This document shows positions 25,899 to 35,464 of a stretch of 64,000 bases of DNA, in pieces (the stretch's first letter is position 1; each line of letters starts with the position of its first letter). A model generated the notes under the pieces. That model worked only from the letters and a program-made list of their open reading frames with translations, searched no databases and had not been told where the DNA came from. Both the position numbers and the translations under genes were made by a program. This stretch comes from Myxococcaceae bacterium (lineage in GTDB: Bacteria; Myxococcota_A; Polyangia; Polyangiales; Ga0077539), in NCBI GenBank assembly GCA_004297725.1, contig SCUS01000160.1, positions 5,615-69,614 of the forward strand, read 5' to 3'.

Positions 25899-26966
25899 TC
25901 AGAGGCCCGCGCCGATGAGGTCCATGTCCGCCTCGTCGTCGGCGTCGGGGGCGTCGTTGCTCGCGTCGCCGAGGCCGCCGTCGCGTACGATGCCGGTGCG
26001 CGCGTCGACGCGGAGCACGCGGTTCCAGAGGGAGGGGTCGCTCGCCACGAAGGCGTTGTTGATCACGTAGATCGCCCGGTCGGCCGCCGCGCGGCGGAAG
26101 ATGCGCGCCGGCACCTGCGGCCTCGCGCGGTCGCGGTCGGAGACGATCACCTGCTCGCTCACCTGCACCCCCTCGGCGCGGTACTGGAGCGAGGTCTGCA
26201 GCTCGAAGGTGCGCTCCCAGCCCGTCTCCGCGACGACCACGGAGTACTCCTTCTTGTATTCGAAGCGCGCCGGCCCGAGGCAGCGACCGCTCGCGGTGCG
26301 CAGCGGCTCGGCCACGAAGCGGTCACCCTGGAGCATCATCAGCCGCGCCTGGCGGCGGCAGGTGAGCGGGTTGTTCTCGTCGGCGCAGACCTCTCCCTCG
26401 CCGATGAGCACCCGGCGCGCGCCGATGGACTCGAGCCTGAGCCTGGGGCGCCGGGGGAAGGTGCGGAGCGTGCCGATGGCGCGCACCCCGACGCGGTCGC
26501 CGGTGAACTCTGCGAGGGCCACCGGGCCGACGGCCTCGCCGTTGTCGAAGCGGTCGACGATGACCCACACCAGCCGGAGGCTGGGGGAGAGGCGCTGGAC
26601 GACCACGTCGTCTTCGGTGAGCGGGCGCTGCGGCACCGGGGCGCTCGGCTCGGCGGACTCGCGGCAGCGGATGGTGGGCTCGCGCCACGCGACCGGCTGG
26701 TCGGTGCAGTCGCGCACGTTGCCCTGCGCCATGCCGGGGGTGTAGCCGCGGATGAGCAGCCGGGCCCAGGCGTCGGCGCGCAGCGTGGGCACGGCGCCGG
26801 CGACCGAGGGGGGCGCCGCCACGGCGCACACCATCGGCACGGGCAGCGGAGCGGCGGGCGGCGGGCGGTTGCTCGAACACGCGGACGCGACGACCGCGCC
26901 GGCGAGGCCCAGCGCGGCGCAGAGCCCGAACCAACGAACAACCCCGTGGGTGGAGAGCACTCTCAT
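25899..26966 (-). CDS. Hypothetical lipoprotein
   Basis: MRVLSTHGVVRWFGLCAALGLAGAVVASAC signal/lipobox. GC3-rich 355-aa ORF between the sheath-like and FHA genes. No recognisable family. Confidence 0.6.
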   Translation of the reverse strand: MRVLSTHGVVRWFGLCAALGLAGAVVASACSSNRPPPAAPLPVPMVCAVAAPPSVAGAVPTLRADAWARLLIRGYTPGMAQGNVRDCTDQPVAWREPTIRCRESAEPSAPVPQRPLTEDDVVVQRLSPSLRLVWVIVDRFDNGEAVGPVALAEFTGDRVGVRAIGTLRTFPRRPRLRLESIGARRVLIGEGEVCADENNPLTCRRQARLMMLQGDRFVAEPLRTASGRCLGPARFEYKKEYSVVVAETGWERTFELQTSLQYRAEGVQVSEQVIVSDRDRARPQVPARIFRRAAADRAIYVINNAFVASDPSLWNRVLRVDARTGIVRDGGLGDASNDAPDADDEADMDLIGAGL

Positions 26967-27016
26967 GGGAACGACAACCCCTGCGCGCCAGAAGACAGAA
27001 GAGCTTCAGGGCCGGA

Positions 27017-28390
27017 TCAATGACCCCGGCCGGATGGTACACGCCTCGGATCGTTGTCAGCGAAGTTTTCTCCGAGCGCGGCGGAGTACGCCCGGGCGAA
27101 GTCGCGGCCGAAGATGGCGGAGGTGATCTCCTTGTCCTCGGTGAGCTCGTCGTGGAGGGCCAGGTAGCGCTTCCACGCCGCGGCGGCCTTGAAGGGGCCG
27201 AAGCTGAAGGCCCCGGCCTCGCCGTCGACGTGGCGCATGATCCCAGCGGGAGAGAGCCGCACCTGGAGCAGCTTGCGGACGCCCTCCATCACGGCGCCCA
27301 GGAGGGCGACCTGGTGGGTCATGATCTCGGCGTACTGACCGCGGAGCTGCTGCATCCGGGCGTCGCCGTCGCCGGTCCAGTCGAGGAGGTACTCGAGCAC
27401 GGGGCGAGGGTCCTGCGCGTCTTCGATGGGCGTCGGGTCGGCGCTGCGGCGCTGCGAGCCGACCATCTCGGTGCCGAACTCCTCCTGGCTGCGACGCAGG
27501 CTCACGTACGCGGTGCCGAAGGTCTCCAGCGCCGCGAGCGCCCTCACCAGGAAGCCCTCCATCTCCTGCGGCGACTGCGGCGCGGGCCGAGACGGGACGA
27601 GGTACTGCGCGAGCTGCTGCACCAGCTGACCGGCGGCCCCGCCGGAGCCGTCCTGATCGCCCGGGAGGGGCACGTTCTGCGACTGGGCGAGGGCCTTGAA
27701 CTGCGGCTCGGAGGCGACCTCGGGGAAGCTCTCGGCGAAGAGGGTGATCGCCGCCGGCACCTGCGCCGCGGGGACCTGCGAGAGGGCGTTGACGAGGCCC
27801 TGCTGGAGTTCTTGCCAGGCGCGGCGGTGCGCGGCGTAGAGGGGGCGCAGCGCGAGGATCTGGTTGCGCGCCGGGCCCATCATCGTGGGCCGGGCGGTCT
27901 GCGCCGCGGCGTGGCTGGCCATGATCGACGCGGTGTCGATCATCATGGTCGAGGAGACGTCGTTCTCGATGGAGGGGTGGCCCGAGGCGACCCTGGACTG
28001 GGTGCTCTTGAGGAGCCCCGCGGAGACCACGGTGGAGTCGGCGTTGGTCGAGGCCGACTGGGTGATCATCTGCTCGGGCACGTTGGCGAGCTGGAAGGTC
28101 AGCCTCAACGCCCCGATGCGGAACTCGTACTCGGGCCCCGGGATGCCCACCGGCTGGTTGGGCGCGAGGCGCTGCCCCCCGACGGTGGTGCCGTTGGTGG
28201 AGCCGAGGTCGTAGTAGGCCGCGTTGCTCTGGTCGAAGGCCACCACCGCGTGCCACTGCGACACGAAGGGGAAGGGCAGCGGCAGGTCGTTGAGGGCGTT
28301 GCGACCGATGCGCACCGGCGTCTTGGCGAACGCGAACGAGCGGGATGAGTTGTCCTGGAAATTATCGACGCGGACGAGCAGGGCCAACAT
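27017..28390 (-). CDS. FHA domain protein with a TagH-type (T6SS-associated) C-terminal domain
   Basis: ATG complement 28388-28390 (MLALLVRVDN...) in frame with ORF 27017..28831. FHA core: RIGRN..NDL.L....VSQWHA.V......YYDLGSTNGT.V. C-terminus: HQVALLGAVMEG...KAAAAWKRYLALHDEL...IFGRDFARAYSAAL, like the TagH/Fha C-domain. Confidence 0.75.
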   Translation of the reverse strand: MLALLVRVDNFQDNSSRSFAFAKTPVRIGRNALNDLPLPFPFVSQWHAVVAFDQSNAAYYDLGSTNGTTVGGQRLAPNQPVGIPGPEYEFRIGALRLTFQLANVPEQMITQSASTNADSTVVSAGLLKSTQSRVASGHPSIENDVSSTMMIDTASIMASHAAAQTARPTMMGPARNQILALRPLYAAHRRAWQELQQGLVNALSQVPAAQVPAAITLFAESFPEVASEPQFKALAQSQNVPLPGDQDGSGGAAGQLVQQLAQYLVPSRPAPQSPQEMEGFLVRALAALETFGTAYVSLRRSQEEFGTEMVGSQRRSADPTPIEDAQDPRPVLEYLLDWTGDGDARMQQLRGQYAEIMTHQVALLGAVMEGVRKLLQVRLSPAGIMRHVDGEAGAFSFGPFKAAAAWKRYLALHDELTEDKEITSAIFGRDFARAYSAALGENFADNDPRRVPSGRGH

Positions 28391-28571
28391 CAGAAAGGCG
28401 CCTTCGTGGTCTTCGTTCGGAGGGTTCGCGGCCGACGGCGGCGCGACAGTATCACAGCGACCCGGACAAAAATCGCGGAGGCGATTTGACGCTCGGCGCG
28501 CGGTGTTTCTGCTGGGGATGTCGCCGAAGCACAGGACCAAGAACGCTTCGGCTGGAAAGGCAGAAACCACC

Positions 28572-29015
28572 ATGATGACCCTCTGGCGTCCCTTCGGCAT
28601 CGACTCCTCCCTCCGTGGCCTCGACCGTGAGGTGGAGCGGATCTTCCAGGACAAGTCCTTCGCCCATCGCCCTCGCCCCGAGGCGCCCGCGGAGGTCTTC
28701 GAGAACGAGGAGAACATCACCCTCCGCGTCGACCTCCCCGGGGTGAACCAGTCCGACGTGCAGGTCGGCGTAGAGAACAACGTGCTGACCATCAAGGCCA
28801 CCCGCACCGCCCCCGCGGACGACGGCCGCACCGTCTACCACCTCGCCGAGCGAGGCTACGGCGAGGTCACCCGCACCTTCCGTCTGCCGGGCCGCGTGGC
28901 GAGCGAGAGCGCCGAGGCCAGCTACGCCGACGGCGTGCTCACCATCCGCTTCCCCAAGCGCGCGGAGGCGAAGGCCCGCACCATCGAGGTGAAGACCCGC
29001 GGCAACGCCTCGTGA
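28572..29015 (+). CDS. Hsp20/alpha-crystallin family small heat-shock protein
   Basis: MMTLWRPF...PAEVFENEENITLRVDLPGVNQSDVQVGVENNVLTIKA...ERGYGEVTRTFRLP...ASYADGVLTIRFPK. Confidence 0.92.
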   Translation: MMTLWRPFGIDSSLRGLDREVERIFQDKSFAHRPRPEAPAEVFENEENITLRVDLPGVNQSDVQVGVENNVLTIKATRTAPADDGRTVYHLAERGYGEVTRTFRLPGRVASESAEASYADGVLTIRFPKRAEAKARTIEVKTRGNAS

Positions 29016-29048
29016 CCCCGGCGCGCGACCTGTGCCACGGTCGCGGGC

Positions 29049-29321
29049 GTGCCTCGATCACCCCTCCTCGCCTTCCTCCTCTTGAGCGCGTGCCCGTCGC
29101 GGGCGCATCGACCACCTCCCGATGCGTCCGCGGCGACGGCCGCCCTCCCGGATGTCCCCTCGGCCATGCACGTCTGCTACGGCCCCAACGGCTCGGCCGT
29201 CGAGGTCGATCGCGCCACCGCGTGCGCCTCCCTCGGCGGGAGCGAGACGCCGCCGATGGAGGTTCCGAGAGGGCCCGAGGTGCGTCGCGACGGTGGCACC
29301 GCGCAGCCTCCGCCGCGCTGA
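29049..29321 (+). CDS. Possible small lipoprotein (hypothetical)
   Basis: GTG start, SPLLAFLLLSAC lipobox, mostly G/C third positions. No family recognised. Confidence 0.35.
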   Translation: MPRSPLLAFLLLSACPSRAHRPPPDASAATAALPDVPSAMHVCYGPNGSAVEVDRATACASLGGSETPPMEVPRGPEVRRDGGTAQPPPR

Positions 29322-29386
29322 AGGACAGGGGCTCCAATGTTGTCAGCCGGTCGTCGGATCGAGAGCACCTGCGCTATGGTCGACCC

Positions 29387-30043
29387 ATGAAGCGGCGGGC
29401 ATCTGCTCTCTCCACCGTGCTCTTCCTCGGGCTCTCATCCGGCTGTGGCGGTGACGAGGCGACGACCTTCCCTCCGGGGCTGCAGCCCTTCGAGGCCGTG
29501 ACCGTGCCGCTCCCTCCGGCGACGGCCAGCGAGCCCCACCCGGAGGTCTTCGTCACCCGCGTGGGCGAAGGGGCGGACTACGAGTGGGCCCAGGGGCGCG
29601 GCTACGTGCACGCCCCGCTGGCGCGCGTCTACGAGGCCCTCCGCGACCCCGACGTCACCACCGACCGGCGGCGCGTCTCGGAGTACACCGTCACCCACAA
29701 CAGCGAGCCGGAGTATCCCTTCAGCTACCGGGTGCACAACGTCGTGCACGACCTCGTGACCATCGAGTTCGACATGTCGTGGCGCCTCGGCCCCAACGAC
29801 GGCTCCGAGGCGGCGCCCACCGCGGTGAGCGCGGTCTACCAGAAGACCTTCGGCAGCACCTTCATCGACGTGCTCCGCGGCGACATCGTCGCCCGCCAGG
29901 TCGACGCCAGCACCACCGACATCGAGATGGTGCGGCACATCCGCTCGAGCGGCGCCGGGGGCCCGGAGGCCGCGATCTACCTCCAGGACGTCTACAACAA
30001 CGTGCTCGCCCGGGTGCGCGGCCAGCCGCTCCCGCGCTTCTAG
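29387..30043 (+). CDS. Hypothetical lipoprotein (possibly SRPBCC/START-like fold)
   Basis: ATG 29387 (MKRRASALSTVLFLGLSSGC) in frame with ORF 29012..30043. The fold guess is by eye only. Confidence 0.6.
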   Translation: MKRRASALSTVLFLGLSSGCGGDEATTFPPGLQPFEAVTVPLPPATASEPHPEVFVTRVGEGADYEWAQGRGYVHAPLARVYEALRDPDVTTDRRRVSEYTVTHNSEPEYPFSYRVHNVVHDLVTIEFDMSWRLGPNDGSEAAPTAVSAVYQKTFGSTFIDVLRGDIVARQVDASTTDIEMVRHIRSSGAGGPEAAIYLQDVYNNVLARVRGQPLPRF

Positions 30044-30057
30044 GAGTCGAAGCTCCG

Positions 30058-30780
30058 ATGGCGATCCGCTGGCTGGGCCCCTCGCTGCGCTTCCCCTCCC
30101 CCCACAGCGCCGACGCCGACGGCATCGTGGCCGTGGGCGGCGACTGCTCCCCCGCGCGGCTGCTGCTCGCCTACCGCAGCGGCATCTTCCCGTGGCCGCT
30201 CTCGGACACGCTGCCGCTGTTCTGGTTCTCCCCCGACCCCCGCTGGGTGGTGCTGCCCTCCGAGGCGCACCTGCCGAAGAGCCTCCGCAAGCAGATGCGC
30301 CGCGGGGTCTACGAGGTGCGCTGCGACACGGCCTTCGAGGCGGTGATCGACGCCTGCTCCGCGGTGCCGCGCCCCGGCCAGCAGGGCACCTGGATCATCC
30401 CGGAGCTGCGCGAGGGCTTCGTCGAGCTGCATCGCATGGGATACACCCACTCCATCGAAGCGTGGCAGGACGGCACGCTGGTGGGCGGGCTCTACGGCCT
30501 CGCGCTGGGCAGAGCCTTCTTCGGGGAGTCGATGTTCGCCCTCGCCCCCGACGCCTCGAAGGTGGCCTTCGCCACGCTGCTGGCCAACCTGCACCGATGG
30601 GGCTTCGACTTCGTCGACTGCCAGACGCGCACCGACCACCTGGTGCGCTTCGGGGCCATCTCGTGGAGCCGGCAGCAGTACCTCGACGCCCTCGCCCTCG
30701 CCCTGGAGGGAGAAGACCGCCTGGGCAGGTGGCAGCTCGAGCTGGACCCGGCGGCTGCTGCGCTAGCCATGCGAGAGTGA
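30058..30780 (+). CDS. aat: Leucyl/phenylalanyl-tRNA--protein transferase
   Basis: GIVAVGGD.SP..LL.AYR.GIFPW, WFSPDPR.V, GTWI..EL..GF..LH..G..HSIE.W....LVGGLYG...G..FFGESMF. Confidence 0.92.
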   Translation: MAIRWLGPSLRFPSPHSADADGIVAVGGDCSPARLLLAYRSGIFPWPLSDTLPLFWFSPDPRWVVLPSEAHLPKSLRKQMRRGVYEVRCDTAFEAVIDACSAVPRPGQQGTWIIPELREGFVELHRMGYTHSIEAWQDGTLVGGLYGLALGRAFFGESMFALAPDASKVAFATLLANLHRWGFDFVDCQTRTDHLVRFGAISWSRQQYLDALALALEGEDRLGRWQLELDPAAAALAMRE

Positions 30781-30863
30781 GCCGGGGAGGGGCGTTTCTG
30801 CCCTCGGCGCGGCTCCACGACAGCTGGCACCATGTTCGCTAAGGTCGCCGGGCGGAGGACACG

Positions 30864-31487
30864 ATGACGCACATGCGATGGATCGTTGGCACACTGCTGC
30901 TCCCCATCGGGGCGCTGGTGATGGGCGGCTGCTACTACGACTTCGGCGACGACGGCGACCGCGCCGACACACCCCCGTCGACCCGGGGCGACTACGGGGG
31001 CACGCCCTCGACGAACGCCGTGCGCTGGAGCGGGAGGGCGGACACCTTCCGCGGTGACCTCGGCCAGGTCGAGGGCTTCGACGGCGCCCAGGCCACGATC
31101 TCCGGGAGCGACTACGGCACCTCGTCGAGCTCGGTGCGCATCGACGCCGAGAACACCGCCGACCGATGGTGGGCCATGACGCAGCTGAGCGTCACCGGGT
31201 CGCTGCACCACCCGTCACTCGTGCCGGGCGCGCACATGGTGTTCAACAGCCGCAGCCGCACGTCGACCCGGACGACCACCGGGGCGCCGGCGCTGCATGT
31301 GTCCGCGCTGGGCTGTTCGGGCCCGCGGCTCAACCAGTTCAGCTACGACCGCAGCGCCGACGAGGTCGTCGTCGACGTGTCCGCCGGCCCCACGGAGGAC
31401 ACCCGACGGCTCACCTTCGACGCGACCTTCGCCGGGCCGAGCGGCCAGCAGCACGTCACCGGGTCGTTCGTGTTCGACACGCAGTAG
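30864..31487 (+). CDS. Hypothetical lipoprotein
   Basis: GGAGG 5 nt upstream of ATG 30864. LLLPIGALVMGGC lipobox. 207 aa. Confidence 0.6.
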   Translation: MTHMRWIVGTLLLPIGALVMGGCYYDFGDDGDRADTPPSTRGDYGGTPSTNAVRWSGRADTFRGDLGQVEGFDGAQATISGSDYGTSSSSVRIDAENTADRWWAMTQLSVTGSLHHPSLVPGAHMVFNSRSRTSTRTTTGAPALHVSALGCSGPRLNQFSYDRSADEVVVDVSAGPTEDTRRLTFDATFAGPSGQQHVTGSFVFDTQ

Positions 31488-31597
31488 CCCTCCGACGCGC
31501 CCCCAGCGCCGGGGCATTGTTTGATAGACCAACCGACGGCGGCACCCAAGGACCACGCGCCCTCGCGGGTGTCTCCGCCCATCGGAGGTCAGTCGTC

Positions 31598-33541
31598 ATG
31601 TCCATCGCCCGCTCAGCCCCTTCGCGCCGCTCGCACGCGGCCGCCATCCTCTCCCTCTCGCTCTTCGGCGCCTTCGGGTGCGCCCGGCGACCCGCCGTGG
31701 AGACGGGCCCCACGCTCCCGCTCCGACGCGTGGTGGTCTACCGGAACGGCGTCGGCTACTTCGAGCGCCAGGGCCGCGTCGAGGGCGATGCGGTGAACTT
31801 CCGGGTCTCGCAGTCCGAGGTAGGGGACTTCCTCGCCACGCTCGCGGTCATGGAGCAGGGCGGCAGCAGCGTGCGCTCCGCGGCCTTCCCGATGCCCGAG
31901 GAGCAGGCCGCCGACGCGCCCCCGGCCCCGGAGCGACGGCGCAACGTGAGGCTCGCCCTCGACGGCCGGGAGCACGACCTCGTGGTGGGCTACACCGTCG
32001 AGACCCCCATCTGGCGACCCACCTATCGGCTGGTCTTCCAGGGGGCGCAGCCGCAGGTGCAGGCCTGGGGCATCGTGCAGAACCTCTCGGGGGAGGACTG
32101 GTCCAACGTGAACCTCTCGCTGGTGTCGGGCTCGCCGGTGTCGTTCCGCTCGGAGCTGGCGACGCCGGTGATCCCGGTGCGGCCGACGGTGACCGACCGG
32201 GGCGCGGTGATCGACGCCGTACCGCAGAGCGACACCACCCTCGCCCAGGAGGAGCAGCGGCAGATCGTTGCTCCCGTCGCCGCCCCGACGCCCGCGACCG
32301 GAACGCCGGCCGCGGAGATGGATGACGCAGGCGGCAGCGGGTACGGCCGCGGAGGAGGCGTCGCGACCCGCTCTCGCGCCCCGAGGCGCCCGTCGGCCAC
32401 CGCGGCGCCGGCAGCCCCGATGGCGGGAGGCTACTACCGCCAGCCCGTGCCCTCGATGCAGGCCCCGCCGCCGCCGCCGAGCTCCACGCCGCGCAACCTC
32501 GCCGCGCTCGCCGCGCTCGCGGTGCAGGGCGGCGCGACCCGCTACGACCTCCCGCAGACGGTCACCATCCCCGACCGGAGCGCCACCATGGTGATGCTCG
32601 TCGCGAGGGACGTCCCTGGCGAGCAGATGTACCTCTTCGCCCCCGACCCCGGCGTCGGCGACTCCGGCGCCCACCCCTTCCACGTCGCCCGCTTCGAGAA
32701 CCGCACCGGAGGCACCCTCGAGCGCGGCCCCATCGCCATCTTCGAGCACAACGCCTTCCTCGGCCAGGGGATGATGGAGTCGCTGCCCGACGGGGCGACC
32801 ACCACGGTGCCCTTCTCCCTGGAGCGCGGCGTCGCCGTCGAGTCGTCGCAGACCTCCGCCGTCGAGGGCTCGCGCCTCGTGCGCATGGTGCGCGAGACCC
32901 TCACCATCGAGCGCTACAGCGTCACCCGCACCACCTACCGCGCCCGCAACGGGCTCGACCACTCCGTGCGCCTGCTCTACCGCCACGCCCTCGACGGCGC
33001 GCAGCTCTTCGAGCCCCCGACCGGCACCGAGACCAGCAACGGCAACGCGCTCGTGCCGACCGCCATCGACTCGCACGGGCGCAGCGAGGTGGTGGTCACC
33101 GCGCGGAGGCCCTTCACCGTCAACGCCGACCTCTCCAACGACCAGGCCGCCGACGCGCTCACCGCGTACCTGCGCGACGGCCATCCGCCCGACGCCATCG
33201 CCGCCACGCTGCGCTCCGCCCTCGACCTGCGGCGCCAGATCGCCGAGCTCACCCAGCAGCGGGACAACCAGGTCACCCGGCGCGATGACCTCCAGCGCAA
33301 CGCCGAGGAGACCCGGGGCAACCTCCTGGCGATCCAGCGCAACCCGGCCGCGGCGGACCTCCGCGCCCAGCTCACCGCGCGCCTCGCCCGCACCGCCACG
33401 GAGATCGACCAGACCATCCGGCGCATCGTCGAGCTCGACACCCAGGTCGGCGAGCGCCGGGTGCGGCTGGTCGAGGCGATCCGAGGGGTGGAGCTCGACG
33501 TGAACGCTCCGACGACGCCCGCCAACACGCCCGCCCGCTGA
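31598..33541 (+). CDS. DUF4139 domain protein (MuiA-like), lipoprotein
   Basis: GGAGG upstream of ATG 31598. LSLFGAFGC lipobox. V.VYRNGVGYFER.G, PIWRPTYRLV, and a C-terminal coiled coil are typical of the DUF4139/TIGR02231 family. Confidence 0.75.
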   Translation: MSIARSAPSRRSHAAAILSLSLFGAFGCARRPAVETGPTLPLRRVVVYRNGVGYFERQGRVEGDAVNFRVSQSEVGDFLATLAVMEQGGSSVRSAAFPMPEEQAADAPPAPERRRNVRLALDGREHDLVVGYTVETPIWRPTYRLVFQGAQPQVQAWGIVQNLSGEDWSNVNLSLVSGSPVSFRSELATPVIPVRPTVTDRGAVIDAVPQSDTTLAQEEQRQIVAPVAAPTPATGTPAAEMDDAGGSGYGRGGGVATRSRAPRRPSATAAPAAPMAGGYYRQPVPSMQAPPPPPSSTPRNLAALAALAVQGGATRYDLPQTVTIPDRSATMVMLVARDVPGEQMYLFAPDPGVGDSGAHPFHVARFENRTGGTLERGPIAIFEHNAFLGQGMMESLPDGATTTVPFSLERGVAVESSQTSAVEGSRLVRMVRETLTIERYSVTRTTYRARNGLDHSVRLLYRHALDGAQLFEPPTGTETSNGNALVPTAIDSHGRSEVVVTARRPFTVNADLSNDQAADALTAYLRDGHPPDAIAATLRSALDLRRQIAELTQQRDNQVTRRDDLQRNAEETRGNLLAIQRNPAAADLRAQLTARLARTATEIDQTIRRIVELDTQVGERRVRLVEAIRGVELDVNAPTTPANTPAR

Positions 33542-33547
33542 ACCGCG

Positions 33548-35401
33548 CTACGGCGTCGCCTCCACCGGGGCGTCGCTCCCGAAGGCGCACGCCCGAGCGC
33601 TCGACCCCGCCCACGGCATCTCCTCCAGAAGCTCCGCCCGCCGTAGCCGCTGCGCCGCCTGTCGCAGCGCCGTACGCAGCCGACACCGCGCCGCCCGGTC
33701 GCTCGCCTCGGGCGGCAGGAAGACCGGCGCGGCGCGCAGCCACGCGTCGGCCAGCTCCCGCTCGCTGGTGAGCCGGTAGGCCACCAGCGCGAGGGCCTCC
33801 ACGGAGTCCACCGTCGGGTCGCCGAGGGCCTCGATCACCGCCCCCAGGCGGCGACCGCTCGCGGCCGCGACGGCTCGGAGCACCAACGCCGAGCGCTCCC
33901 TGGCGGGGGCATCCCTCGCGGGGGCGTACTCGCCGAGGCGCCACCACTCGACCAGCGCCGCCAGGCGGGCGTTGGACGAGGGCGCTCGCAGCTCGGGCGA
34001 GCTCCATGGGTTGGAGAGCTCGGAGAGCTCGACCCCGACGCCGGGGAAGTGGGCCACGATGGGGCGGTAGCCGCGCGACGTGCTCGGAGCGGCGCGCATC
34101 ACCTCCGCCACCGAGGCCCACGTGAAGCCCTGGGGCCAGTCCTGGCCTCGGGCGAAGCGGGCGTCGAGGGTGTCGACGGCCAGCGAGGTCGCCACCGAGG
34201 CCAGGGCTCGGAGGGTCGCGCGAAGCAGCGAGGGGCGACGCCACCAGGCGGGGCGGATCGTCGCTCCGTGCGTCGTGGCGCGAAGGGCGATGCGGTGCTC
34301 GATCACCAGTCGGGCGAGGTCGACCGTGACGGCGTCGGGGCAGCCCGTCGAGGCGCACACCGCCGCCGCGTCTCGCACGCAGCTCGCCGCCTCGCGGAGC
34401 AGCATCGGGAAGGTCGGGTCCGCCAGCGAGGAGCGCAGCGTGGCGGCGTGGCGATCCATGCACGCGAGCCTGCCCTCGGGCACCGTGGCCGTGCGCCCGC
34501 TCTCCTCCCGGATGGCCCTGACCGAGGGGTGGGCGTCGATGCGAGCGCGCAGCCCGCAGCGGTCGTCGATCGGAGGCTCCTGGGCGGTGCGACGGAGAAA
34601 GTCCGCCTCGAGCGAGCAGCCGCCCCGGGCGTGGATCGCCCCGCGCACCCGGTGCATCTCGCGCACGTCGAGCCAGGGGATGGGGCGCTCGTGGGGGCGA
34701 CCGGCGACGATCCGTCGCTGCGCGGCCCGGTGGTGCAGCGGGCTCAGCCGGGCCAGCAGCAGCAGGGTGCGCTGCCGCGCCGTCCAACGTGACTCCCAGC
34801 GAAGGCCGTGAGGGGTCATCGCGATGGGCTGCGGCGAGGCATCGACGTGCGCCAGGGCGTAGCGCCCGCCCAGCGCCACGGCGACGAGCAGCAGGGCGGA
34901 GAGCCCGAGGGTGGCCAGCGCCCAGGGCCCGCTGGGGGCGTCGCGCACCTGCGAAGGGTCGAGCGCCGCGAGGGAGATCGCGTCCCCGTCGGGCGAGAGG
35001 GTCCATGCGTCGTCGACGCGGCGGAGCAGCCCGCGGGCTCGCACCCTGGCGCCGCGGGCGAGCGATCGTCGGCCGGCGGGGTGCCAGGGCTCGACGGTCG
35101 CCACGAGCAGCCTGCGCGCGCCTTCGAGCAGCACCCGCTGGTCGCCCATGGAGAGCCAGGCGCGCCCCTCGGCGCCGGGGTCGCGGGCCCAGGTCGCGTC
35201 GAGGGTGACCACCCGGTCGGGCTCGGCGAAGGGCTCTGGCCTGGGCTCGCCCAGGGAGCGAAGCGCAGAGCCCAGTCGACCTCGGAGGCGCGCTCGCTTC
35301 GAGGCCCGGAGCGAGGCCGCCGAGAGGGCGAGCAGGGAGGCGAGCAGCGGGACGAGCAGCGCGGGCCCCGCGCGCAACCCGAGCTCTACCAGCCAACGCA
35401 T
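33548..35401 (-). CDS. Hypothetical membrane protein
   Basis: ATG complement 35399-35401 (MRWLVELGLRAGPALLVPLLASLLAL) in frame with ORF 33548..36094. A second TM lies near residue 190. No family recognised. Confidence 0.55.
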   Translation of the reverse strand: MRWLVELGLRAGPALLVPLLASLLALSAASLRASKRARLRGRLGSALRSLGEPRPEPFAEPDRVVTLDATWARDPGAEGRAWLSMGDQRVLLEGARRLLVATVEPWHPAGRRSLARGARVRARGLLRRVDDAWTLSPDGDAISLAALDPSQVRDAPSGPWALATLGLSALLLVAVALGGRYALAHVDASPQPIAMTPHGLRWESRWTARQRTLLLLARLSPLHHRAAQRRIVAGRPHERPIPWLDVREMHRVRGAIHARGGCSLEADFLRRTAQEPPIDDRCGLRARIDAHPSVRAIREESGRTATVPEGRLACMDRHAATLRSSLADPTFPMLLREAASCVRDAAAVCASTGCPDAVTVDLARLVIEHRIALRATTHGATIRPAWWRRPSLLRATLRALASVATSLAVDTLDARFARGQDWPQGFTWASVAEVMRAAPSTSRGYRPIVAHFPGVGVELSELSNPWSSPELRAPSSNARLAALVEWWRLGEYAPARDAPARERSALVLRAVAAASGRRLGAVIEALGDPTVDSVEALALVAYRLTSERELADAWLRAAPVFLPPEASDRAARCRLRTALRQAAQRLRRAELLEEMPWAGSSARACAFGSDAPVEATP

Positions 35402-35464
35402 CGGCGCGAAGCTACTGCAACGCGCGACCGACGCGCAGCGCCAATACGGCGATACTCTCGGCCG

